From Trichosphaerium sp. ATCC 40318 (lineage: Eukaryota; Protista; Tubulinea): 53,037 bases of DNA. The stretch is from contig JALMLS010000509.1 in NCBI GenBank assembly GCA_038496445.1, forward strand, positions 1-53,037. The letters are read 5' to 3'. Of the stretch, positions 13,464 to 25,594 are shown piece by piece; the stretch's first letter is position 1, and each line of letters begins with the position of its first letter. The notes below the pieces were generated by a model that did not search any database, had not been told where the DNA came from, and saw only the letters and a program-made list of their open reading frames with translations. The position numbers were made by a program, and so were the translations under genes.

Positions 13464-14925
13464 TTATTTTGGATCAAAAGAATAACATTCGAGCTTTTTC
13501 TCACAACCAGGAAGTGATGATTCATCAGAAGCACATACATCAAATCCAATTCCACCGTCTACATCATCATCAATCTCTTCATTAGAACATACAATAATTT
13601 CATCGTCATTTGCCCCACCATAAACACCTCCATCAACTTCTGAAGATGTCACAGTTATCTCATCATTACCTAAACATGTCAGCTGTAATAAGAAGTGTTT
13701 TGTAAAAACCATAGCTAATTAGAACGTACCCGTATCACCATTAACATCGCCGTCAATTGTAGAAAATAATACTGCGATGATATCATCACCATTAAACCCA
13801 TCAACTTTTCCATCGACATTAGAATTCTGAACGTATAATATATCATCTCCATTAAATCCTTCAATGTCACCGTCAATGCTAGAAGACATAACCTCAATAC
13901 AGTCGTCTTCAGTTTTTCCTACATACAAAAAAGAGCGTGAGCAAAAATTTCATGGTAGACACTGTGTGGCGTGGTTACAGCATTAAGTGAAGTAACTGCG
14001 TAGTATACAAAAATATTGTGGCTAAAAAAACGCGGTTTCAACTTGAGAAGGTAAAAAAAGATGTTTAACTATTTTTAGCATATCACGTGGCCATAAAAAA
14101 AAAAAAAAAGGGTTACGCCGTACCGTTTACATCACCTTCAACATCAGAATTCCAGATAATAATACAATCATCTTGTGCGTCTCCAGACACGGCAGTATGA
14201 GTACCATGGTCTCCAAGAATCGAATCAACTGCGACAAAACAATCGTTTGAAGACCCAAGAAGAGTATTTTTTACACGTCCTCTATTAACACGGACACAAT
14301 CTTCATCAGAAGCTTTTTAAAAATCAGTATACTGTACAAATAAAAACGCCTCTAGTTGTGAACTGTTTTTTGGGAAGAAACTACAAAATATTGTACCTCC
14401 ATTAACTTGGCCATTCACTTCAGAGTCAATTACTTCTACGCAATCGGCGCCATAGGAAGACTCTATGTCTCCATCTAATACAGCACCATTTATAAGACGT
14501 ACACAATCCGTTCCACCGCCTTGAATATTGCCAGAAACAGTCACACCATCGATAATTATACAATTTCTTGGGTCTGTCCCAATATTGAGTGTTGGTTCGA
14601 CTAAAACAAACACTCAGATAAAAAGACTTGTACATCTTCTGTTGGCTTACCTGATGCCATGCCAACGTTATGTATATTAGTGGCATTTATGACATTAGTA
14701 CAAGTTGAAAACACAGCCTCGCAGTCAATACATGTACCGCATGTAGGGAACGAAGTCTGGTTATCAACACAAACACAGTTTGGTCTGTTTAGACAAATAC
14801 AATTTTTTTTTGCAGCGATTTGAAGTACTATTACAGGTTTAGTTTAGTATTGTTGTACATATGAAGCAATAACCCGTACGTAGTAGAGCGCCTAGAACCA
14901 GAAAAGTAACAATCTGTTGCGACAT
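13464..14925 (-). CDS. Secreted acidic protein with RTX/hemolysin-like Ca-binding repeats, multi-exon
   Basis: Signal-like N-terminus MSQQIVTFLVLGALL. Repeats of about 19-20 aa: DGDIEGFNGDDILYV, DGKVDGFNGDDIIAV, DGGVYGGANDDEIIV, VDGGIGFDVC. Confidence 0.7.
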
Positions 14926-15316
14926 TTGGGATGATACAACAAGTTTTGGAAAAGTTTTTACACTGTGTATCTTCAGAATATCTGAAGGTAAACTATTCAG
15001 TATACACGCTCACATCGGTGCTTTGTTTATGATTATGTCCGAATATATTTCTTTTACTTTCATCTACCAATATTGCTTTAAACTGAAAGAGACATTGCCT
15101 TCAACAACAAAGAAAATATGTAACAACATCCTAAAAATAGTTTACTCCACGTGGCCTTTCGAGGCATGTAAGCGTTTGTTATTGAGCTCAACACTTGATA
15201 TCTTGACTATAAAAAATCTCATGAGTACATTAAATTATGTATACGACAACATGGGTATAGAGTTGCCGTAGAAGAGTCTCGGTTAAAATTAAAAGGCTTG
15301 TTGGTTTTTTTTTTTT

Positions 15317-18300
15317 CTACAAATCCTGTACAACTTCACCAAAGCTAGGTCTTTCTTTTACATCTTTTCTCCAACAGCTCTTCATCAAAGACACAAAATA
15401 CTCAGGTACCTAAACAACAAAGAATTAAAATGGGGCAAGAGTTTTCTATTTTTGCGGTTTTTTTCAATATCAGTACCTTATCTTCATTAATTTCTGGCAC
15501 AAGCCCTTCATCTCTTATCTGAGTTGCGAGTTCCTCTAAAGGAACTCCTGAGTGTGGTTTTTTACCTTTATTAAATAGTTGCCAGATAACCTAACATAGC
15601 TATTAGAAAATTAACGTGTTGTTGTGTTGTAAACTTACAATGCCATAAGACCATACATCACTTGAAAAGGACCAGTCGCAGCGAATAGCCTCAGGAGACT
15701 TGGAAAAAAATAAACGTGAGGTTCATTAAGTAGAATGAAAAGGGGTCGAGTACCATCCAAGGAATAGGTCCTGATTTTAAATTCTTGTCTGCCAGACTAC
15801 TAAAATCCGCAGACATACCAAAATCGGATATTTTAGGTGTATCACCATCCATGAGTATGTCTAAAGATAATTTTAACAAAACTGAAGCCTAATAAATTTA
15901 ACAAAGTGTTGTACTTCGACATGCCAAGTCCCTAAACAAAAATAAGTTTCCAAAAGAAAAAACTGGCATTCTGGGATGATTGTAAGGTATCTTACCTATG
16001 AATTATATTGTGCTCGTGTAAGTGTAACATGCCACAAGCAATACCGAGCGCAAGTTCACGTGCTATTTTAGGAGTGATCTTTGCACGTGAAGCGTACTCT
16101 TTAAGCGAACCACCACTTAATTATTGTCAGTAAAGAGAAGTTGAAGAAAAAAACTTACTTGACGAGTTCCATGACAATGTAGCTTTTAGAGTCTACCCAA
16201 AGTTAATATACATACATTGGTACACGCATTGATATCTACGAGAACACTAGATACATACACGTTGATGAGACATGCAAAAGGGGAAAAACAGAAAAAAAAA
16301 AAAGAGTAAAAAGTCTGGATTTAACCGCACCATCTATCGTAATTCCGAGCATTTGAACGACGTTGCTATGTCCAGGGATACTCCTAAAAGACAAATTACA
16401 AAGGTTTACTTCCAAGCAAACCTGACTGACGTACGTCATCAGTTTAGCTTCGTCTTGGCTCTCTTTCTTGCTTACACTTTGAGACATCTTTACAGCTACT
16501 TGGTCACCATTATACGTCCCTAAGTAAAGTTTTAGTAATTGATTCGTTGCCTTAATCAGTAAGCACCTTTGTATACATTTCCTTGTCTGCCAGAGCCAAT
16601 CTTCTGTCCTAGAGTCAATTCCGAAAAAGGAATATTCCACTCAGGCATATCAACAGGTAGCAAGCCATACTCGTCACTGTGTTCAGGAAGGTATTGTGGC
16701 GGTGCTGTATTTATACCAGTAGCAACTGATCCATTAAGTGACCCAGCGGGTGACGGTCTTGTTGCGTAACTAGCTCCAACACCTGCAGTCGGAGAAGCGT
16801 TGGCTTGACTTTTTGAAAAAAAGATTAATTATGAAAAACAGAACATATTCTCGTTACTCACAAAGTATGCATCTTCTTTGGTTTTAGAAGCCAAAAAGCG
16901 ACAAGGAGGATCAATATTCCCAGTATTGTTGCGCCTAATACTAATGGTAGAAATTCATACAGTCTATAAAGTTTAATACCAACAATGCTGAAAACTATTC
17001 CAAGAATCAACGGTAAGCTACTGTTTGAATCATCACGTGTTGCTTCATTTACAGGTTTAGAATCTAAGCATATTGAAGAGAGGATACGAATACTATCAAT
17101 GAATATCCTATAATGATAATCAGACTGTTAAATTGGATACGATGCTGGTAAGCGTACGTTATTGGCCGTTGTATATTCGATTTAAACCTAATCAAATAAA
17201 CAAAAAGATATAACGATGAGTAACCCAAGTACCACAAACCGTCCAGTAGAGAACCATTAATGTTTTTGGTTAATTCAGAAAACTCGATCACGTGCTGGGT
17301 AGATATTGTAAGTGGATTGTTTTTAAAAGAACAGTGGTACGTACTTTTGTCCAATACATATTTGATATAGGTCCAATAGCTACCAATTGTTCTAGAGGTT
17401 TTTCATACTGTACAAGTTGAAACTGGACTCTGGCTCCTGGCATAGATGCTGCAATCCAGAATTCAATAGCATGATGATGTGTCACGTTTATGCAGTTGTC
17501 ACCTTCATAGAATTAACAAAAAGAATGAAACCAAGGAAACTGTGCCACGTGAACGTACAATGAAAATAAACGGCCCAATCTTGCCTAAAAAGTTAAAAAA
17601 TAAACATCAAGAACCAACCAAATATAAGTAAAATTAGTTGGCGTACTCCATATTTCCTTCAAATGAAACCTAACGAGATAATTAACTAAATACAGAAAAA
17701 AAGAAGAATTCATTCATCATTAAAAAACAAGTCTTACAGCTGTGTCTCCTTCATAAACAACATCAACGTTAAAAAAATCATAATTAGTTCCAAACCAAGA
17801 CCAATCCGCCCACAAAGCAGTTGGCCCATCTAAATAGACTACAGCAACGTTACTACAGACAAAAGAATAAAAGAACATGTTAGTAATACCATCAAGGTCT
17901 TCTTCACATATCGCTCTAGATGCAGCAGGCTCCACCAGTAACGATACTGGTGATGCAGTCGGTGAGATAGTTGGCGCACTTTCATTTTGACAAGTTCCAA
18001 CAAGCCAAATCTTCAACAGAGTTAGTACACTGTCTATTGTTTGACGTAACTAACATCATCTATATGTATATGAGGTTGCATTTCACCGAGCGATTCCTGT
18101 ATTATAAATCCGCTTATAGCATTAAGAGGGAACATTTGGAAAGCTATTGTGATATTTGTCCACTCCGTACCAACAACGTTATAGTTAGCGTTGCCGACGC
18201 CAACCTAATATCGTTCAGTCAACTTAAATACAAAATAATCACGTGACTTTGGTCTTGTTATACACCCTCGTTTGAAGTCTTACTGTGGCATTACTGGCTG

Positions 18301-18819
18301 CTGGAGGCGCAACACGTGCTCTGAACCTAGATACAATATACATTTAGCCTTTCCATTCTAGTCATGTTGTAGTTTTATAATAATACCTGACGGCGATATA
18401 CTCTGTCGTATTAATGCAGTTTATACTGCTGTTCATGCATGAGATATATATGGCATCAAATTGTTCTGTCAATGGCATGAACACAAAAAACATTCGTACG
18501 AATAATGTCGGCGATGTACCTGGTTTATAATCTATGAAAATATTATCATTCACTCCAGTAGCTTCGAGGCTATAAGTAGACAATTAATTACCCCATTCGA
18601 ACCAAAAAAAAAGAAAAAACATTACGTGTAATTGTCTGCCCACGTGAAATCATTAAAACCAGGTGCCAGTGCATCATCATAAACCACTGAATCAGGAATG
18701 CATAGAGTATAACCTAATTCTATCACTTAGAACCAAGGAGAAAAGGGGTTTTATAAATACGTACAGCCAGATATACACGCCATAACAACCAAGACCAGTA
18801 CGCGTGTACTGCTCGACAT
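15317..18819 (-). CDS. Receptor-type tyrosine kinase (signal peptide, two CBM-like ectodomain modules, TM, kinase), multi-exon
   Basis: GSGRQGNVY, VAVK, HRDLACRN, KISDFGMS, GPIPWMSPE and SDVWSYG. N-terminal signal MSSSTRVLVLVVMACISG. TM segment near 16960-17020. Confidence 0.85.
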
Positions 18820-19274
18820 TATGCTTGGCCAACGTTTTTTGTCGTTTTTTTTTAACTTAAGTGTGCACTCTCACCCATTCCAAACGCACTATTTTACAAC
18901 AAATACGCTAGTTATTCCATATCTTGTTTGACCTGTAGGATACATGCGCAGCGTATTTGTAGACGAGCAGGCGTAAATTCGGAGCACGGGGTAACTGTCC
19001 CGAATCGTTGCAAATGTTACTATGACGCAAGTGCAATAAAAAGTAATGACTCTGTATGCACGTGTTGGTTATGTCAGCTGTTGTCGAAAAAAGTCGTGCA
19101 CACCTTTTTCTAGCGAACTTTGGCGGTTTTTGTACTGCCCTAGTCGTGACTTAGTACCCAGCAGTAAAACACGACGCTGGAGATACACAGCAACATTTTT
19201 AGAAGATAGGATTAAGTCAGACCAAAAACAGTTTAAGGTTTTTAAATCTTTTTAGCGTTAACGAATCAACAGTT

Positions 19275-20183
19275 ATGTACGGTCAAGGAAAACCTCCTCC
19301 ACTCAGTAAGCGTATTTTTAACAAATACGACAAGGTATGTTATCGATCTCTTTGTATTTTTCTTACTCTCCAACCAACTCCATATTGTAGGACGGCGGTG
19401 GCTCCATTGCTTGCTCTGAGTTTAACTCCATGTGCTACGAACTCGGTTATAAGTTGTCCAAGGAAGAGCTTGCTTTGGCCATCAAGAAGCTAGATGCGTA
19501 CGTAACCAGTTGATACCGACGGACTGCCACCTTGGCTGCCAGATTGTTTTATTTTCTAAAACCACAAGAAATGGTTCCGTTGGCACCGTGAGGTTATTTC
19601 TAACCACCTACTAGCGACGGAAGTGGCTCCGTTGAATACGGTGGTACGTTGAGATTTTCTGTACATTAGGTGCCGTTTCCTTCTAACACGTGCCTTCCTA
19701 GAGTTCAAAAAATGGTGGAGCTCTGATGATAGGTTCGGTAAACTTCAATTGGACGAGCAAGAGCTTGAAACGCTTAATACTGCCAGTAACTACTTCAAAT
19801 TCTTCGATAAAGATGGTACGTTATCGTATAACGCGATATCTTTTTTTTTTGTTTTGTTTTTAACACGTGATAAAAGGAACCGGTGTCCTAGAAAGAGACG
19901 AATTCAAAAACACCCATAAGGTAAGTTAAAACGTTAACTGTTTACCAATAGTTTAAATATTCTGTTAACGTGGTTTGACCCCTCTCTATAGAGCCTTGTT
20001 GAAAATAAACTGACTACCCTCGACTTTGAATCTTGCTTGAAAGATTTGGATACTGATAACTCAGGCAGTGTCTCCTTCAATGGTACTAATTATTAATTTC
20101 GTTCTTTGCAATACATAACCTTCATTGTAGAGTACGTTGACTGGCTCATCAAGCTTGGTTCACTCAAAGTTAAAGTCATGTAA
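19275..20183 (+). CDS. EF-hand (calmodulin-like) calcium-binding protein, multi-exon
   Basis: Four loops after splicing: DKDGGGSIACSE, DADGSGSVEYGE, DKDGTGVLERDE and DTDNSGSVSFNE. Confidence 0.9.
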
Positions 20184-20369
20184 GCGTCATTGTACAAGCA
20201 CCACATCCAATAAACCAAATCTACTCTATAAACACATTGAAGCCTTTCCAAGGCATCAAACCCCTTTCGCAGAACACGTGCGCGTGTGTTGCGATTAGTT
20301 TACGCACACAGAAAGACCAGTGGAAGCAATAACGGTCAACTGTTTTCACGAAGTTTTTTTTTGTTCATC

Positions 20370-20801
20370 ATGCTTGCTCGCATCTCAGTACGCTCAAAAG
20401 CGCTAAATACACGCGCTGTTCGCCCAAATATTGCTCAAAAGAGCTACTGCAACGAGGTGAAGAGACATGTGAGTACTGTAAAGCTACTTTCCACGATTGA
20501 AGCCCCACCTGGCTATAAAGTTGTAAAGACGCATGGTATTGTCACTGGAGCCGTTGTATGCACGCGACATGTTGGCCACGACATTTTTAACATGCTCAAA
20601 ACCCTGATTGGCGGAGAGCTGCATAGTTACACTACACTTCTTGCTGAAGCGCGAGAAACAGCAATGACACGCTTGGAGGAAAATGCTGAATCAAAAGGCG
20701 CCAATGCAGTCATTGGCATGCGTTTTCAGACGAACAACATTGCGCAAACAGCAGCAGAGGTCATGACATACGGAACTGCCGCTACAATAGAAGAAATCTA
20801 A
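20370..20801 (+). CDS. YbjQ/UPF0145-family protein with putative mitochondrial presequence, intronless
   Basis: HGIVTG, LKTLIGGELHSYTTLLAEARETAMTRL, GANAVIGMRF and EVMTYGTA. Arg-rich, acid-free N-terminus MLARISVRSKALNTRAVRP. Confidence 0.9.
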   Translation: MLARISVRSKALNTRAVRPNIAQKSYCNEVKRHVSTVKLLSTIEAPPGYKVVKTHGIVTGAVVCTRHVGHDIFNMLKTLIGGELHSYTTLLAEARETAMTRLEENAESKGANAVIGMRFQTNNIAQTAAEVMTYGTAATIEEI

Positions 20802-21142
20802 CCAAACAGCTTGTACGCCACCACACAAAGCGAAATACGCAAAAAAGGCTCTTTAAAATAAAATTAATACCGGCGCATTACATTCCCCTTAGACAAGCTT
20901 CTTTACACTTGGTTCGAGTCAGAAACGACAATATAGCACCTGACACGTCGAATGCCACTTTAGCTTGCTCCGTTAACAGTAATTTCCAAAAACTGAACTC
21001 ACGTTCAGTATTTATTGAGAGCGCAGCTGAAGGCTACTGACGCTTATGATGAAGCAAATTCATCCACAAAAAATTGTTGTACTAGCACAAACATTTGACA
21101 TGTGTGAAGGGCATAGTTAAAAGTTGTGTTCTTTATCAGTTA

Positions 21143-23646
21143 TCAGCTCTTAGTAGCACTAAATTCTATCAAGTATTTGATCTGTACTTGATTCGCATCA
21201 TAGACAACGTATTCCTTGTTACTAAAATCTTTGCCAACATCTCCAATAACACTATCATTTGAACCAGGTGGCCTAAAGAAAAAACTGATGAGCAAAAAAG
21301 TGCCCAAAACAAAAACAATCATGGCAATGTAATACCTTTGCAAGTCTTTCTTGATTTGTTTAGTTGTATATGATCTTCCCAAGGCAACATCAGCAAGTAG
21401 TACAAAAGATGAAAGACGCCTTGGTCGCTGTTGTTTCTTCTTACCTCTGTTTCGTTCTAAAAATGGAAAAAATTAGTATCTTGATATTCGTTTTAATCTT
21501 ATCACGTGCTTTGAGAGGAATTATTGCTATTTGATGCACTTTCAAGTCCAGTGTATTTTATACTAGCGTATATATTATCTGAAAAGTATATACCAGCACC
21601 TAAAAACCCGAAATCCGTTCGCTTTGCTATTCCTCGTGAAACAACGATTTTTGGCAAGAAAATACCTCTTGACAACAACCTAAATTCATTAGAACAATCT
21701 CGTCTTACCTTGAACTAGAAGTACTATGACTTAACATACCCAACGTAATTGGATGTTTTAGAGCCATGAACAAGACATTGTACATTACCCAAGTCCTTAA
21801 TGTAGGATTCTTGACGAGAAACAGAAAATATGTTTGTAATCTAAAAAGGTATTTTAGGAACTTTTTGCGAGTTATCTTCTTCAATGTACCTGTAGTCTAT
21901 ATGTGTTATCTTTGCTATCTTGTGCCTTGGAATTCTCCCATTTTGTTTTTATATCCTTATACCTTTGAGAATCTTTAGGGATGGCAGTGATGTCACAATT
22001 AAGAGACTCATAATCACGTTGCTCTTTTGTTTTGTTTGTATCCAATTCTTGACCTCTATTCTGTTGTACTGTTATTATATCCTTCATCAGTTGAAGTAAT
22101 GTTTGTTTATCTTCAAGTGCTTTTAAATTATCAATAACATTCTTCGCTACTTGCTCCTTGTTCTTCCCAAGGCGATGAGGAATCAAAGAGTAAAAAACAG
22201 AACTAAAAAACATTTGGGTTAGCTCACAAACCTTAAAACCAATACTAATTTACCTCAATTGCAGCGCTTTACGCTCGTTGTCACCACCTCCTTTAAACAA
22301 ACTACGGCTGCATTACTACTTTTAAATGGTTTGTTGTGGTGATACCTAAATAGAGCACCAAGAGCTTTCTCTCCAGCTTCAATTTGTTCCATTGAAAGAA
22401 TACCCAATGGAGTTTCTAACCCATCTTGAGTTACCTTGGCAAGTAATACTTTTTTAATCTCTTCACTAGCACTTGAAAACAGTGTCCTAGAGAATATATT
22501 AAAACAACGAAAATCCAAAAACAAAGCAAAACATGGCGGTGCGTCAACCACAACGAAGAACAACACGTGAACAAACAAAACCAAAATTGTTAAAGATTAC
22601 ATCTAATCCAACACGTACCTCATCAATCGTGTCACTTTTTCATCAATGGCTTTCTGTGATTTCGTTCGGCCACTTTCAACATTTTTTGTTTCCTTTCTGA
22701 CGTGTCCTAATTATAGATAGGTTAGTAACAATAGAATACACCACAGGAACAAGTTATTACCTGAGCCAAGCTTATTTGATACAGATAATAGTGATACTCT
22801 ATGATACCCTTTCTCTGATGATATTTTTTCACGGATGATATGATAATAAAGAATGGTAGCTTCTTCTAAACTCTTTAGATATCGACATTGTTTTTGTCCT
22901 ATTTTTTTCTTGGTGGACTCCAAAGCATCTGTACGTCCATGATGCGTGAATAGCCTAGAAATGAGATTATTAACATGAATATAAACATCATTAAGGGTGG
23001 ATATATTACCTGTAAGGATAGGTAGAAGCGTTTGCATTCGAAGATTTATGCATCTCAAGAACATAGAATTTGTTATTGTTTTGAACAAAGTCCATGGCAT
23101 GAAGCACAATATTCTTCTCTATTGTAAAATCTGTGCCAAATTCCGGTTCGTTTTTAGCACCATGAGTATATACTATAACATTAGGAATCTTTGTTGAATC
23201 AACATCTATCTTTGTCGCCTCGTCAAAAGACATAAAAGAACTTGCTGATTTCCCTGAACTACTTTCTTTTTTTGGAGCTGTTTTCGAGTTTGTATCGACT
23301 TCTCTACCTTCTTTGATGCTCATAGATATAAAATCAGGTGTAACGACACGTGGCCTATCATTTTCGGACCATGAGGCAACACGACGAAGCTTTGACGATG
23401 AGTTCAAGCTAATTTCTTGTTCAGTTGCCACAAGGAAAGATACGCGGTTATTAAGCATATAAGATACTGTCCCTCCTAATCATGATTATATGTTAATTTT
23501 TGTTTACAAAGTAATCTCATAATCACTGCTCAACGTACCATTCGCTTTTACTTGTTTGCTTAAAGCTGATTTTTCAGAAAATGAGATTTTATCAGAAAAG
23601 CAAAAGGATTTATCTTTAAACACTTTTTCGACTCCACCAGTTTTAA
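21143..23646 (-). CDS. PARP4/vault-PARP-like module: BRCT, WGR-like, regulatory and catalytic domains (probably the C-terminal part of an RNA ligase-PARP fusion)
   Basis: BRCT: VFKDKSFCF..VKANGGTVSYMLNNRVSFLV..VVTPDFI. WGR-like: NNNKFYVLE..FTHHGR. Regulatory: TPLGILSMEQIEAG, FYSLIPH. Catalytic: LVHGS, GLLSRGIFLPKIVVSRG..RTDFGFLGAGIYFSD, DVALG, KEYVVYD. Confidence 0.9.
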
Positions 23647-23772
23647 CTTGAATGAACATTAGAATGTAATAAAAACAGTAGCACGGATAAGATATAACAA
23701 TACATTTATTGACACTAGTGCAACAAAGAGGACAATTTTTAACACTTTTTTTTCATGTAAAGACACACGTGC

Positions 23773-25150
23773 CTTCTAATGTTAGCCAACGTGCTGCTTC
23801 TTTTCGAATTATTACCTAGAAACACAAATGTAAGTTATCGAATAAATAAGAATGTATTGCGTTAATATAATACAACGTACTTCTATTTCCGACCAAGACA
23901 ATTTGCTCGCTTGTAATTCTTGCTTACTTTCTTTTTTAATGTCATCAACAATCCATTGAACAAATATACTTTCACTACTCTTCTTCACATCACCTTCACA
24001 CGTTTCTGACAACCCTTGTCTATAGCAAAATATATGTTAGCATCACTTTAAAGCTAGTTCAAGCTGCAGCGTACGCAAGTCTGGGTTTTGTGAGAAACAT
24101 ATCGACGAACATTTGAGGACTCGTGGGTGTAACTATGCCAAGGGATGATGTCGATCCAGTTACTTTAGTATTTACCATCTGATGACTTTCTCCTTTTGTC
24201 TTGAATGACAGCGCCTCAAACACTTCTTCATCTACCATTTTGTCCTGTTCTAGACTTACAGGAAACCATACAAGACCCTTTATGAGAAGAATATTAAAAA
24301 TCACATGCATGCTCAAAAGAGCCTTACTTCACCATTTCCTTTCACGCCAAATTTATCGCGAACAAAAGGGTCTTCTCTATCAATCTCAGCGACAATAGTC
24401 TCCATAACCTTGCTCTGTCTTTCTAGTTGATTCTTGTCATTAAAGTTAATCCTCAAGGTTGTGTAGCTATCAAACTTGAAGTGCTTGAACCTAATCAAAA
24501 AAACAATTTAGAAAGTTTTTAAGTATTGTTTGGTTGTGGATTACCATGGCATCACATGAAGTTCTTTAGGTTTTGATGACGATACCATGACACTCATTAT
24601 CTTATCTGGATCAGACACTATGTTTTTGCCAAGTTTAATAGCGAAGACAACAAGGATTTTGTCTTTTAGGTCAGCTAGTGCTACATGTTTTTGTACTCCT
24701 GGACCACACCATTCACCAAAGATTGTCACCATTTCTTCTGTAGAGTTTGAGGAACCTTGAATGGTATTTTAATAACAAGATTACGCAACAAGGAGTACCA
24801 AAAAGGCTACGCAAGCCAGTTTCAAGCGATATGAAGTAAGATTTATTAGTCTTTCCCCAATTCGAAAAGCCAAACCCGGTTCCTTGTCCTTTACCTCCGA
24901 GCAATGCTTTACGACTCTGGTACCGTATTTGGCCATTTTTTAACGATACACCGACGTTAGCGCCATGAAGCTTTATTTTCGCCTTGTATAGTATATTACC
25001 ATCACCTATTTGATCATACGGATACTCTAATGGTTCTAGTGCAAATTTTCAGCAAAAACACTACAATAGACGTTACTCACTCGGTGCTTGTTCTAGCGCT
25101 CTACATACATTTGCTAGTTTTGTAATGGAAGGCCACAAAGAGTGTTTCAT
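23773..25150 (-). CDS. T4 Rnl2-family ATP-dependent RNA ligase (probably the N-terminal part of the fusion with the PARP module), multi-exon
   Basis: Motif I KLHGAN, Ia QSR, III IFGEWCGPGVQK, IIIa VFAI, IV GEGLVW, V FKTK, and C-domain FLTKPRL / DDIKKE. Confidence 0.85.
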
Positions 25151-25594
25151 GGCTGTGGTGACTTTGATACTATAAATAAAAAATAAATGAGTTTTACGAC
25201 TTTTGTATTTGAGAATTTTTTGCGAAATATTGAACACGTGTAGCAATAATTTTGTGGAGGAGACACGTAACAAACACAATTGTCTAGCAAGATGAGTTTC
25301 CCATTGGCAAAACGTACTCTCTCTACTGGTAAACTCGTTTGTTCAAAGTCTTTAGGTCATACATATGAAACATTTTGACATTCACAAATGTCAGAGATTT
25401 GTACGGTACAGTCTACATACAAACGCTCCCAGTACCATAAATGACTTGAATTGCAAATATATAGTGTATGTATGTGCCACAAGTGTTCTCTAGCAGCTCA
25501 GTGGCTGATACTATCAATTTCATTGAATGTAACTACCACACTCGTGAGTCATCAATTATACGATTATAGCCACCCACAGTACAGTAAGGGGTTC

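Noticed and set aside
20911-20920. Pol III B-box-like GGTTCGAGTC downstream of the PARP4-like gene (possible tRNA or vault-like RNA)
   Set aside because: No convincing upstream A-box, cloverleaf or nearby T-run terminator. An Infernal or tRNAscan run would be needed.
21143-21382. Apparent transmembrane helix in the PARP C-terminal ORF (YYIAMIVFVLGTFLLISFFF)
   Set aside because: It is a translated T-rich intron. Splicing restores the PARP fold (DLQR|PPGSNDSV).
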